In this document: positions 12,930-26,299 of the stretch, one piece after another | Numbering within the stretch: the stretch's first letter is position 1 | Layout of the letters: each line of letters opens with the position of its first letter | Source: Malacoraja senta | Taxonomy: Eukaryota | DNA length: 64,000 nt | Direction: 5' to 3' | Assembly: GCA_038087875.1 (NCBI GenBank) | Contig: CM075996.1 | Location: 9,054,001 to 9,118,000 of the forward strand | The notes under the pieces: generated by a model | Database searches by the model: none | Told to the model about the DNA's origin: nothing | The model's input: the letters and a program-made list of their open reading frames with translations, nothing else | Made by a program: the position numbers and the translations under genes

Positions 12930-14250
12930 AGGCTGCCCCTCAGGTTCCTATTAAATCTTGCCCCTCTCATCTTAAACCTATTTCCTCTGGTTCTCTGGGT
13001 AAAAGACTGCATTTGTCCCATCTATTCCCCTCATGATCCGAAACACTTCGATAAGATCACCCCTCGGCCTCCTGTGCTCCAAGGAATGAAGTCGTAGCTT
13101 TCACAACCTCTTCCTATAGCTCAAGCTCTTGAGTCCTGGCAGCATCCTCATAGATCCTCTCTGCACTCTTTCTGGCTGGTGAACAAAACTGTACACAATG
13201 CTCCAAATCTGGCCTCACCAACATCTGGTACAACTGTAACGTAATGTCCCAACTTTTATGCTCGATACCCTGAATGATGAAGGCCAACGTACCAAAAGCT
13301 TTCTTTACCACCTTATCTGATACCACTTTCTGGGGACTATGGACCTGTACTCCTAGATCCCTCTACTCTACAATAGTGCCCAGAGTCCAGCCATTCACTG
13401 TAAAGGTCCTGCCCTGGTTTAACTTCCCAAAATGCAACACTTTGCACTTATCATTGCTATTGCACCCTTGCTATTGAGGGAGTGCAGCGTAGGTTTACAA
13501 GGTTAATTCCCGGGATGGCGGGACTGTCATATGCTGAGAGAATGGAGCAGCTGGGCTTGTACACTCTGGAGATTAGAAGGATGAGAGGATATATCATTGA
13601 AACATATAAGATTGTTAAGGGTTTGGACATGCTAGAGGCAGGAAACATGTTCCCGATGTTGGGGGAGTCCAGAACCAGGGTCCACAGTTTAAGAATAAGG
13701 AGTAAGCCATTTAGAACGGAGACGGGGAAACACTTTTTCTCACAGAGAGTGGTGAGTCTGTGGAATTCTCTGCCTCAGAGGGCGGTGGAGGCAGGTTCTC
13801 TGGATACTTTCAAGAGAGAGCTAGATAGGGCTCTTAAAAATAGCGGAGTCAGGGGATATGGGGAGAAGGCAGGAATGGGGTACTGATTGGGGATGATCAG
13901 CCATGATCACATTGAATGGCGGTGCTGGCTCAAAGGGCCAAATGGCCTACTCCTGCACCTATTGTCTATTGTCTATTGTCTATTATCTGCGCTAACCTCA
14001 ATTAGCCATTCCACAGCCCACTTGCCCAGCTGGTCAAGATCCTGCAGTAACCATCTTCACTGTCAATGATACCCCCCAACTTTAGTGTCAACTGCAATCG
14101 CACCTCGTACATTCTCATCCAAATCATTGATATAAACCACAAACAGCAGTGGGGCCCAACACTGATCACCACTAGTCACAGGTCTCCAGTGTGATTCACA
14201 ACATTCCACCACCACCCTCTGCTTCCTTCCATGAAAGCAATTCTATATCA
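12930..14250 (-). mobile_element. Old CR1 LINE interrupted by a younger opposite-strand CR1
   Basis: KVVKKAFGTLAFI...LVRPDLEHCVQF on the minus strand, continuing after 13985. Confidence 0.75.
13470..13985 (+). mobile_element. CR1 LINE 3' fragment
   Basis: [27 protein letters not shown]...GYGEKAG and a tattgtc tail. Confidence 0.92.
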
Positions 14251-14299
14251 AGAATTAGACAGGCAGCATCGGTGGAGAGAAAGGGACAACAAAGGAAAT

Positions 14300-14532
14300 C
14301 ACACAGAGAGTTGTGAGTCTGTGGAATTCTCTGCCTCAGAGGGTGGTGGAGGCCGGTTCTCCGGATACTTTCAAGAGGGAGCTAGATAGGGCTCTTGAAG
14401 ATAGCGGAGTCAGGGGATATGGGGAGAAGGCAGGAACGGGATACTGATTGGGGATGATCAGCCATGATCACGTTGAATGGTGGTGCAGGCTCGAAGGGCC
14501 CAATGGCCTACTCCTGCACCTATTGTCTATTG
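14300..14532 (+). mobile_element. CR1 LINE 3' end
   Basis: cacagagagttgtgagtctgtggaattc...cctactcctgcacctattgtc. Confidence 0.88.
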
Positions 14533-15998
14533 ACCGAGGATGTTTCAGGGTTGGGACTACTCTTCCGACTGAACTTCTCGTTCGTTTTTGAAGTTCTCCT
14601 CCCATCTGCAGTCCCTTAGTGACTTCATTTTACTGTTCCACTGCAAAATCCCCTCAAAGTATACATCCATTTTGAAGAAGTTCTCCGCCCGCCCGAGGTG
14701 TGCCCACCCGAAACATGTCCACTTCCCTCCACACGTGCTGCCTGACCCACCAAGTTCCTCCTTACTCGAGATTTCACCATCTGCAGTGCTGGGGGCTCGA
14801 TAAAAATCTGAATACGAGCTTGGCATTCTAGGTGATGCAAGGAGAGACGATCATCTATGACGGGTATTCCCGATCAAGAAGGCTTGCTGCCAAAAGCATG
14901 ATTTTCCAGTTTTCGTACATGCATTGTTTAAGGGACAAAATACTATTCCAATGATAACGAGGATTGTAAATAGAAGGAAGGGATGGGCTGAATAAAACCA
15001 CTCATGTCAATATTATGTTGATGTTGGCTGGATTAAACCACATCGTCAGGTACAACAGTAAACACACTGCAATGAACCATTGGTTCATAAAAGACAGTCA
15101 GCTTGCGTTTGTTGGAGCTACTTTCTGAACCAAATTTCCTCATGAATATTTAACAGCAGTGACAAGAAAGACACTGCTTTCACCACTTGGATACACTATA
15201 CACGCGTTTAACCAAGCACGTGGAAAAGCTCCACAAAGAACTTTTATGGAGAAATTGTGAAGCCATGGAAGGCAAGAAAAATGATGTTGAATGGTAAAGA
15301 TAGACACAGAATGCTGGTGTAACTCAGCGGGACAGGCAGCACCTCTGGAGAGAAGGAATGGGATGCTGCCTGTCCCGTTGAGTTACTCCAGCATTTTGTG
15401 TCTATTTTTGGTTTAGACCAGCAAACACGATGTTGAATAGTACATTGTTTCAACGCAAGATAGCCACGGGCAATGCTGAAGTTAGTTTGGTTGCCTGCAG
15501 TGTTACGATTCAGACATTATGAAGAATGGGCGCTTGCCAAAAATGGACCTCGTCGCATGTTGGGGCTCCACATGCAGAACTTCCTTTCGCATCCAGTATT
15601 TGTTTCCGGTGACACGAAGGAGAAGCGGTTGTGAAAACCTAACACAACCATTAGTAGTCCACCAACCTATAACATGCGTCAGTTCACTGCGGTATCAGAC
15701 CAATTATCTTTGAAAGGTGAATTAATGTATGGGCGAAGACATTGTTGAGAGGAACATATACAGTTACAGTACATTAATGATAATAGCTTAAACTTACAGG
15801 TCAGAAAGTTAAAGTGAATAGATAGGCAAACAGGTGAGTTCACAGAGAGAGGTAATAGAGAGCCCACGATAGCGATCAGAGAACGCATACAGAGCACACT
15901 CGCTATTGATCAGAGGATACAAAGAGCGCACACGGTCGCGATTACGGAGAGTGTGTAGAGAATACACTCGCAATCACAGAACGAGCATGCACAATGTG

Positions 15999-16717
15999 CA
16001 GGGACGGAAATCCAGGGGGGGGGGGCAGGTGGGACACGTCCCCACCTGTTTTGAGAGGTGGGGGACAGTACCCCCCATTTTTTGTAATCCGGATTTTAAA
16101 ACCGGGTGAAATCTCCGCTTTCCGCGAGACAGTGGGGGTGGGACTGCTGATCGAGGGAGCCGATTGGACGAGAGAGACGTCGGTCAGCAGGCAATGGGGG
16201 CGGGACATGATGATTCAGCGTGGTGATTGGAGGAGGGAGACCTGGCACAGACCTGGGCCTCATCCACAGCCAGGATCGATCCCGGCCGGGTCTCCGGCGC
16301 TGTCCCACCCCCACCCGAGTGCCCCCCCCCCCACGCCCGGGGGTGGCCAGAGATGTCGGGAGTCAGACGGGAGCTGTGCCCCCAGGCCCACAGCCAGCAC
16401 AGAAAAGCAACGCTAAACCCAGCTCAACTCTGCCTGTCCCGCCAGGTTAACCTACAGCCCTGCCTGGACTTGCGGGAAATATGGCCCAGGTTTACAGCCA
16501 GCGCGGAGAAGCAGCGCTGGTGTCCCGTCAGTCCAGGCAGGGCTGTAGGTTAACCCGGCGAGACAGGCAGAGTTGAGCTGCATTTAGCGCTGGATTGAGC
16601 CTCTGAAGCCTCTAGCGTGTGTGTGTGAGTGTGCGCATGTTCATGCGGCCGCCAAGAAATTGTGCCCCCCCCTGTCCCCCAGTCCCCCCCATATTTTGAT
16701 AGCAATTTCCGGGCCTG
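15999..16717. mobile_element. Non-autonomous hAT element
   Basis: Ends CAGGGACGGAAAT / ATTTCCGGGCCTG, 8-bp TSD acaatgtg/acaaagtg, and subterminal gtcccc/gggac repeats. Confidence 0.75.
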
Positions 16718-19249
16718 ACAAAGTGCATTCCCTAGTCAAAGATATACTGTACCACTCACTAGTGATTACAGAGAGGCCATATAGAGGCGTACCCACCAGT
16801 GATCAAGAAGAGATGCTGCAGGAAAACAAAACCAATAAAGATTTACTCCAGGAAACATCTACAGATGGACATAAGAAAACATTTCAAAGCATTCTTGAAG
16901 CAAAAGCAACATCTCCATCACTGAGAACAAATTCTAAACACTCACTGTGTAAATAAATTATCTCCAAGTCACTTTGGGTTTTTTTAGGGATCAGTTTCAT
17001 TCTACTCCCCCTAGTTCTTGACCCCCTCCACCAGAGTAGTTTCTCACTCAACTCCTTTCACACTTTTACATCACCCCTCAGTTTTCTTCGTAACCCCTCA
17101 TGTTCCTGGAAGAACTGAAAAGGCTGATTATAACACAATGGAATTCTTCATCAAGTTGGAAGGTGACATAGTTTAATTTGCAAGGAATGTAGCAAGACCT
17201 AGACATCATTCAAGTATGGGGCTGAGAGGTGACCAGTAACATTCACACTACAGTAGTGTCAAACAATCTGAGGCTTATATTAGAAATGCTCCCCTTGCCC
17301 TTTCCACACAATACTGAGCTATTTCTTATATTGGCTGCTCCTGTACACTCTCAACTTCTAGCAACCCTCATCTGAACATAGCACGACAGTCCATTCTGTC
17401 AGTGAGGGAGGATGCCAGTGGGGGGATCGCTCTATGCAAGGCTACTTCCCTCTTTATATTGGAGACTTGGGATAGACTTTGCGACACAGAGCAGTCACAG
17501 ACTTCAAAACTTTGCCATTGTTAAGATTGCTGCCTTTGAGTATTTTAAGACATTGCTCCTCAAATGTGGCTGCACATGGCCCCATGCTCCCCATCTTTTG
17601 GGTACCAGGTGCAAGAGGGAATTGGGGTTCGGCGGGCGACTTACTATGCTGCCTAGAGTTCACACAGCAGAGAAACCTGGGCCCCTTTCAGTCCAACTTG
17701 CCCATGCCAATCAAGATGGCGCATCTACGCTAGTCCCAGTTGTCCACGTTTGGCTCATATCCCTCTAAACCTTTCCCATCCATTTGTATTCATGTAGCAA
17801 ATGACTTGCCTCCTGACACTCTAAAACAGTTCCACCATCTCCGTGCATGCATGAGAGGGGATAATCTCCAATTACAGCTCCAAATTACACTCGTGAAGCT
17901 GGATATCATCCTCACTAATGCAGGTCACTGGCATCCAATCCTCGACTCAAACATTCATTCCATTCACACAACCAGTGCTCAGTGACTGCACTGTGAACCA
18001 TGTCCAAATGCACCACAGCCATCACCAAGGCTGCCATCATCCCCCTCCACATCACATACTATCTTGTCCTGCAAATATATAACTGCACCATTCATTTACT
18101 GTCCGCACACCCTTTCCATCAACAGTGGAAGATGGTTGTGTATTACACTGAACATATAGAAACAAAATGCTGGAGTAACTCAGCGGGTCAGGCAGCATCT
18201 CTGGAGAAAATGAATAGGTGACGTTTAAGGTTGAGACCCTTCTTCAGTCTGAGAGTCAGGGGAGAGGGAAACTGGATGTATGAGGAGGTACAAAGGACAA
18301 ATGAATGAGAGGTTTGAAAGGATGAATCAAGGCCAGCAAGGATGATCAAAGGTGGAGCCCACAATGGACCCGCTGAGTTATTCCAATATTTTGTGTCTAT
18401 CTTAGTTGAAGATGGTTGTTTCATTGCCTCAAATGAGGCCATTAAATGCTGGTCTGATTAGATTTGTCCTCCGATACGATGCCGAAAAGGTGCATTCCTT
18501 CCTTCCAGAGACTCACATAGGCCGGATGATTCACACCCATTGACATGCCACACTTAGCGCTTTCCCACACAATGCTGAATCGCCGAAGCCCTCCTCTCCA
18601 TGGGGCAACGTTTTTTATAACATGCGAGAAGAGAATAAAATCGTTAAAACTCACCTAAAAAAAGCAGATCATCGAACTACCCGCCACACCCAGGCCCAAC
18701 CCGAGCCCGCCTGCTGGGGGCAGCCATCTTGGATCGCGTTGGCCCAGGCAACGAGGGCCTAGCGCCATTGCTGCTCGCCCAATGGGATCCAGCGGCAGTG
18801 ACAGGTGGGTCCAGGTGCTGGACGCTTCACACTGAGGCAGAAGCAGCCCGAGTGGGATTGGGGCCACAGGGACGGGATGGCGGACGCTCTCAGATCACCG
18901 CACGCCGTCTGATGTGCCATTGTGACCACTAACTCTATTAACCGATTCAACAAGATCCAGGATTAAAAAGTCATAAATTAACACCTACAAATTATATACC
19001 TTAACTCAGGTATTAAAACATTAACCATCCATGGAAGTTTGAAGTGATGAGGCAGGTGAGCGCCAGGTGAAGGTTGGCCCAGATTCAGTTTTCAGCCACT
19101 GACCATGGTTGGTGAAGGGTTGGTGAAAGATCTAAGCTTCAGCAAGACCCAACTTCAGTGAATGCTGCAAGTTCACTTGTTCAAGGAGCTGTTCCATGGA
19201 TAAGAGAAAATGGGGTTATGCACAAGGGTGGAGGATCAAATTCACCACT

Positions 19250-19437
19250 GCAACATTGACAGACAGAGACAGCCAGGAGCAAGCATTAACAGAGTCAGCC
19301 AGGGGCAAGCATTGACAGAGACAGCCAGGACCAAGCATTGACAGAGACAGCCAGGACCAAGCATTGACAGAGACAGCCAGGACCAAGCATTGACAGAGAC
19401 AGCCAGGACCAAGCATTGACAGTGACAGCCAGGACCA
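19250..19437. repeat. 26-bp minisatellite (CAAGCATTGACAGAGACAGCCAGGAC)n, ~7 copies
   Basis: Tandem array read directly. Confidence 0.95.
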
Positions 19438-19519
19438 TCTTTGTCTACTTCAGGAACAGTAGGGTGAGGGATCGATGACGAGGTTGTTCATGGCCACCCA
19501 TGCAGCAATCTTCAGACAC

Positions 19520-20032
19520 TCCAGGAAGGACATTCTTGCTATTGAGGGAGTGCAGCGTAGGTTTACAAGGTTAATTCCCGGGATGGCGGGACTGTCATAT
19601 GCTGAGAGAATGGAGCAGCTGGGCTTGTACACTCTGGAGTTTAGAAGGATGAGAGGGAATCTCATTGAAACATATAAGATTGTTAAGGGTTTGGACACGC
19701 TAGAGGCAGGAAACATGTTCCCGATTGGGGAGTCCAGAACCAGGGGCCACAGTTTAAGAATATGGAGTAAGCCATTTAGAACGGAGACGAGGAAACACTT
19801 TTTCTCACAATGTGGAATTCTCTGCCTCAGAGGGCGGTGGAGGCAGGTTCTATGGATGCTTTCAAGAGAGAGCTAGATAGGGCTCTTAAAAATAGTGGAG
19901 TCAGGGGATATGGGGAGAATGCAGGAACGGGGTACTGATTGGGGATGATCAGCCATGATCACATTGAATGGCGGTGCTGGCTCGAAGGGACGAATGGCCT
20001 ACTCCTGCACCAATTGTCTATTGTCTATTGTC
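19520..20032 (+). mobile_element. CR1 LINE 3' fragment
   Basis: [20 protein letters not shown]... and a tattgtc tail. Confidence 0.92.
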
Positions 20033-20459
20033 CTGAGGGTAATGGTTTGGCAGGCCACATGACGAAACCCATGCGGTCAACCCAGAAGTGATAGTGGAGT
20101 TTTCTAAAGAACATCGGGCCGTAATCTGGGAGGTAAAGAAGAGGGTTTGGGTAACAACACCATCTTACAACAGTGGTTGTTACTGTTAAGGAAATCACCT
20201 TGACTTCAAAGCACTGTTAATGTTTGGCAATGTCCCAGGGGACCCAGACAACCTGGATTGCTTTCCAAGGAACTGGGTTATCTCCCACCTAGCGTAATGT
20301 CCCTTATCCTGTCCAACGATCATGGCGTCATGTCCAATCTCACAACTTACTATGGAAAATATAAAGCTGCAGATACTGAGAACTGAAACAGAAATGCAAG
20401 AAGAACTCAGCCAGTGGCATCCGTTCCAGTGAAGGGCCCTTTTGCTCGGTGTCTATAAT

Positions 20460-21530
20460 GTCCTCTTCCTTCCTGTAATGCGGTTTCCCCTCTGCCACAG
20501 TGGATGGAGCAGTCAACACATTTCCTCTATTTTATGAGAGTCTGCTCTCTCTCGATCTACCTCAGGGCATATCAAAGTGAGGGTTTCTCCTGGTACTCAC
20601 CTTCCACTCCACCAGGATAATGCAATGGATTACCCGTTGAATTTCAGCTGGCTCCAACATGACTCACAAGTCACATCTACCCCATATCTTCAATCCCACC
20701 ACCAGGCATATCTTCTCATCTTCCCTGTCTGCTTCCACAAGGATCACGCCTTCTACGACTCTGGTCCACATTCAGTTTAGTTTAGTTTAGAGATACATCA
20801 CGGAAACAGACCCTTCGACCCACCGGGTCCGCGCCAACCAGCGATCTCCGCACATTAACACTATCCCACACACACTAGGGCCATTTTTTTCATTTACCAA
20901 GCCACATTAACCTACAAACCTGTACGTCTTTGGAGTGTGGGGGGAAACGGAAGATCTCAGAGAAAACCCACGCAGGTCACGGGGAGAACGTACAAACTCG
21001 GTACAGACAGCACCCGTAGTCGGGATCGAACCCAGTCTCCGGCGCTGCATTCACTGGAAGGCAGTAACTCTACCGCTGCGCTACCGTGACCACCCAAAAG
21101 GGACACTCTTCTGTCCCCACCCACCACGGCCCCTCCCAAAGCACCTTACCATGCAATCGTCGGAGATGGACTACCTGCCCATTCACCTCTTCCTTTCCCA
21201 CCTTTCAGGTGAAGCAGCAACTCACTTTCGCTTCATCCATTCTGATGGACTGCATTCAGTGTTCATAATGTTGGCTCCTCTACATTGGATAAACCAAAGC
21301 AGATTTGGTCGTCCCTTTGCAGAGCACCTCACTCAGTCCCAGGAGTGTTCCACAGCTTGCCGTTGCTTGCCAGTTTAATTGCCAATCTCACTCCTACGTC
21401 AACATGCGTGTCTGCAGCTTCCACCATCAAAGTCAGATCCAAACTAAACTAGAAGAACAACGTCATAATCGTTTAGGCACTTTGCAGCTCTTTTGAATGA
21501 ACATTGTATTTTCCAACTTAAGGGGAACTG
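20460..21530 (+). mobile_element. Degraded Penelope-like element (GIY-YIG region) split by a V-SINE
   Basis: Remnant peptides FHKDH and ...RFGRPFAEHL...KLEEQ echo the more intact copy at 43079-43588. Confidence 0.6.
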
Positions 21531-21732
21531 CCCTCTCATCATTTCCCATTGTTATGCTTGTGTGCCTTTCTCATTCAAATGCCTGAAATCAGTCTTACTG
21601 CTCCTTATTTGTGGTTTACAGTTTCCATATGGTCTTTTGTTATAGAATCATTCAGCACAGTAACACATTTTGGCCCACCACATCCATGCTGACATTTTTG
21701 CTCTTCTTCCCCAATCCCATTTGTCCCCAGTA

Positions 21733-22365
21733 AGAAACATAGAAACATAGAAACATAGAAATTAGGTGCAGGAGTAGGCCATTCGGCCCTTCGAGCCTGC
21801 ACCGCCATTCAATATGATCATGGCTGATCATCCAACTCAGTATCCCGTACCTGCCTTCTCTCCATACCCTCTGATCCCTTTAGCCACAAGGGCCACATCT
21901 AACTCCCTCTTAAATATAGCCAATGAACTGGCCTCGACTACCCTCTGTGGCAGAGAGTTCCAGAGATTCACCACTTTCTGTGTGAAAAAAGTTCTTCTCA
22001 TCTCGGTTTTAAAGGATTTCCCCCTTATCTTTAAGCTGTGACCCCTTGTCCTGGACTTCCCCAACATCGGGAGCAATCTTCCTGCATCTAGCCTGTCCAA
22101 CCCTTAAGAATTTTGTAAGTTTCTATAAGATCCCCCTCAATCTCCTAAATTCTAGAGAGTATAAACCAAGTCTATCCAGTCTTTCTTCATAAGACAGTCC
22201 TGACATCCCAGGAATCAGTCTGGTGAACCTTCTCTGCACTCCCTCTATGCAATAATGTCCTTCCTCAGATTTGGAGACCAAAACTGTACGCAAATCTCCA
22301 GGTGTGGTCTCACCAAGACCCTGTACAACTGCAGTAGAACCTCCCTGCTCCTCTACTCAAATCCT
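21733..22365 (-). mobile_element. CR1/HER1 LINE 3' fragment
   Basis: Near-identical to the reverse complement of 2090-2620, with a gaaacata tail. Confidence 0.93.
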
Positions 22366-22574
22366 TGCACGTACCTTGCACCTCACTCCTCTCCCCAGCT
22401 CTGCTTTGGAACTCACTCCCCTCATTCTTCCCCCAGTTTTGATGAAGGGCCCCAGACCCAAAGCAGTGACTGGTTTTCTCTTCTCCGAGATGCTGTTCGA
22501 CTGGCTGAGTTCTTCTCTCATTTCTATTTTTCTTTCGAGGTTTACCATCTTCAACGCTCCTTCAAAAATAACAG

Positions 22575-23084
22575 TTGGTCAAAGGTGGACGATCGATAAG
22601 GGAATTCTGGAGGTCGTACATCATCAGGAAAGCTCTAGATGACATCAATACATCGAGGGTGAGCCTCAACTGCACCTCTGTTGACGTTATTGGTGGAGGT
22701 TCTGGCTGTAGATACGTGGCAATGTGGGCTTTGAGGAAGGGGGAGCAGGTGGCTACCAGTGACATTGTCCAGTTTGCCACCCAAGCAGGAGTGGGTGAAG
22801 GTGGCGCTGGCAATGTGGCAGAGACACATCAGTCCCACAGGGGCCGCCCACTGAATGGGGAACTGCAAGGGATAGAGTTACACCGTGTCTTTACAGAGGC
22901 CGACGACACTCTGAAACTGAAGAGCAAACCTTACTGCAGCGGTTTTGATGGACGGCAACACAGAGGCCGAGGAGGGAACGGAGCGATTTTCCTGAGTGCA
23001 GCACCTTGTGCTCGACTGCAGACTAAATGCTCCGTGTGCAGAAGAGGTGGGCAGGACATTAACCCTCGAAGGGTCACAGCCTGA
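22575..23084 (+). mobile_element. Degraded pogo/Tigger-type transposase, C-terminal part
   Basis: IREFWRSYIIRKALDDI and DIVQFATQAGVGE..NVAE..QSH...LNGELQGIE resemble the Tigger/TIGD motifs 'EFWKxYxIxDAIxNI' and 'EIVxLAxxxGxxEVxxxDVxELLxSH...LTNEDL'. Recognised by eye. Confidence 0.65.
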
Positions 23085-25054
23085 CCCTACCCCTCAGGTG
23101 CAGCCTCTCCCAGTGAGTTCTTTTATACCATTTTATATTGCGTTTTGCAATAATATGGTGTTCATTGTATGTTATTGTTTAATGCATAATATATTTATTC
23201 TCAATGAAGCCCTCATGGGTAGATACAATTGCATTACAACATCGCTACTGAAATAAAGGTGTACAGGTCCCTTCTAGAACTGATCACTTAGCACCCTCAC
23301 AGAAGGAACACAGCCTGAGTGCTAATTATATTATTCTGCTAATTGAAGCTCAATTACACCAGACAAATGAATGTCATTTTATTGTAGACCAGCATCTGCA
23401 GTTCCTTGTGTCTCCATATCAACGTCCACCAGAGCTGGATTGGCTGCACACACTGGTCACTTCCCGATCCACCTACATACTGCACATGTGAAGGAAGGCT
23501 ACTCATTACTCACCTGGACAGGAGTAACTACAACCTTGCATTAGTTTCCTTCCCACTGGCTGCTGTGCACATCACCCATGATGAACTACACCAGAACTGT
23601 GCCATGCAAGGTCCTGGCCACAGACATTCATTCACCATGGAATTGGGAGTTTCTGAGCACCCATTCTTACTTGATGCCACTTTCTGGATCTGGGTGCAGT
23701 CAAACTCTGATTCCCTCCAGGAATCCGATTGCTCTAAGCAGGACGATGAGAGTAAGGCTAAAGATGGAAGCACCAATACCCATGCTGAATACAGAAGTGT
23801 GGAAATGCTTGCATGGTGGCCTCTGTCCTCTTCATTCACTAGGGCATTGAACACGAGTGCAGCGTTAAAGAAGGGATCTATTTCTCCACCGGTGCCACCT
23901 TTCGCTGTGTTTATTCCGTTAATTAAAAGGACAGCCTTCTTGCCCTCCAAAACACATCTGCCTTAATCACATTAACACCAGCCCTCTGCGATGAATCACT
24001 TTCTATGTGTTGTTCTGGTCGAACTTCTGTGACGATGGAATGTGTGACTATTGTCTCCTGATGACTAGGCTTTCATGTTTTGAAAGAATAGTTGTCCTGA
24101 TCTGGCACTGGGACAGGGTAGGTCTTCAGACTGCACGGACCTAAGGAATTAACAAACACATGTACAGAGAGGAAATATTGCAGAAGGATTATTGTATGTC
24201 TGGAATGTGGAGGACCTCTGGCTCATGGCCAGACTTTGATATCAATATAGATCTTTGTAATCAGACAATGGCCTCCTCCACTGACTTCCTGTGTTTGCTT
24301 CAAGTCAAAGCCTAGTTGCTAGGCCTCATTTCCTGTCCTGAGCCTAGGCAACAATAGCTTGTGTAACAGAGCTGAAGAGAGTGCCTGGCACTAACTTACG
24401 TCATTTTGTTTTAAGGAAGAATTTGTTCCTTGGCCTTGACTCTCAACATACCAAAGGAAAATAAAAAAAGGTATAAACCCTGACAAACAACCTGATCTTT
24501 GGACATCTGACAGCAGCATTTCAGCAGATTTCATGAACACAACATGTTGTTTCCAGAGTTCGTGTTGTTTGAAGTGGCGAGATCCTGTCTGATGCATTGG
24601 TCTACACAACATCCACCTAACACACGAGTGCAAGGATGAGTCTGTCCTCATCGTCAGATTAAACTCGACCTGCCGTGCCTCAATCTCCTTTGCCCACCCA
24701 CACAAATCCCAATGATCTCCCTCTCTGCTTCCTAGCCATCTGAATTTAATAACATTACTCACATCCACACATCTGTGTAAATGATTACCCTCTCCCATCA
24801 TTTTGGAATCCAGATGTGTGGTTTCCCCTCACTTCATATCCGATTTAGGTCCACTCTCTCTCTCTCTCCTTAACCTCCTCAAACCAGGCATTTTCCTTGT
24901 TACGTTTTGCATCCGGATTCTGGAAGGTTGTCAGAGGTTACGGGGTGAAGGCAGGAGAATGGGATTGAGAGGGAAAGGTAGATCAGCCATGATTGAATGG
25001 CGGAGTAAGCTTGATGGGCCGAATGGCCTAATTCTGCTCTTAGAACCTATGAAC

Positions 25055-25590
25055 TCGTCTCAAAAGTCAATTTTTAATTATGGTTTAATAATAGCAAAAC
25101 AATTAATATTGAAATTTTGGAAAAAATACACCAATACCAACGCTCAAAATGTGGATTGCAAGTATGTTGGACACTGCACATCTTGAGGAAATGCGATTCT
25201 CCTAATAGATAAATTTGACCAATTCATAACGAGTTGGTCTCCATTTGTCGTCTTTTGGAAACGTATGGTGCAACACAATTGTAAAAGCTAATCCGTGACT
25301 GCGGATGGTCAAGATTATAATGATCTCCTTCTATTTTCTTTTCTTCTCTTCTTTTCTTTTATTCTCTTTCTTCTATTTCTATGTCTCAACTTTCTTTTTT
25401 CATTCTTTATTTTTCTTTTTCACACACTATATATCTCACATTTTTCTATTTTTCATTATCTAACTTTTTTCTTTTTCTTCTTTATTTCAAAAAAAATTTA
25501 AATAAGAAGCTGTACATAAAAGGTATTATGAAAATATGATTGTATACAATTGTACTTACTTCTAATAAAATTAAAAAAATTTTAAAAAGA
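25055..25590 (+). mobile_element. L1/Tx1-type LINE 3' end
   Basis: Frameshifted FNYGLIIAKQLILKFWK...PTLKMWI..M...HLEEMRF...DQF...WSPF, T-rich 3'UTR, AATAAA with A-rich tail, and flanking acctatgaac/acttatgaac repeat. Confidence 0.75.
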
Positions 25591-26299
25591 ACTTATGAAC
25601 GTGTTATCTCCCCTCTGTCCCCAAATCTCCCTTTTCTCCTCACCTACCAATGTAGGCATCCATCTCCCTTCCTGTCTTCTGCTCAAATGTAGGAGCTCTG
25701 TTGCCTATCTACATAGCGGCTTCCATCTCCCTGCACCTTTCATAACCTGATTCTACCTACACTGCTCCTTCTTCTAGCTTCCCAAACCCTCTGGAAAAAG
25801 TCTGAATCTGATCTCTGAATCTGAAGAAGGGTCCCATCCTGAAACGTCACCAGCCCATTCCCTCCACGGAAGCTGCCTGACCCGTGAGTTCCTCCATTAC
25901 TTTGTGTTTTGCTCAAGATTTCAGCATCTGCAACTCCTTGTTTATCCCAGATCCTCTCGCTTCCACAACCTGAATTTCCACAACCTGAATGAACTACAAT
26001 AATTTACCTCCACCCCTGACCTACCCACCTGCCCACTCCCAGAATAATATTGACCACTGAAGTAATGTCCCAAGTTTGTGGAATGCCTATGGCTGCCTAA
26101 TTAACCCCAGTTTTCTGAGCCAGTCTCTCGGGGAGCTGGGATACACCCCATGCACTACGTCCTATGGATGCGTCAGGGGATACTTCCCTTTCAATTCATG
26201 TGTCTATCGGTGCCACGAAGGCCACTACAGCCAGGGCAACTCATAACCCCCAGCGACCTCACCACCTTGTGTGTCTCACATTACTCTTCCACTGTCACA

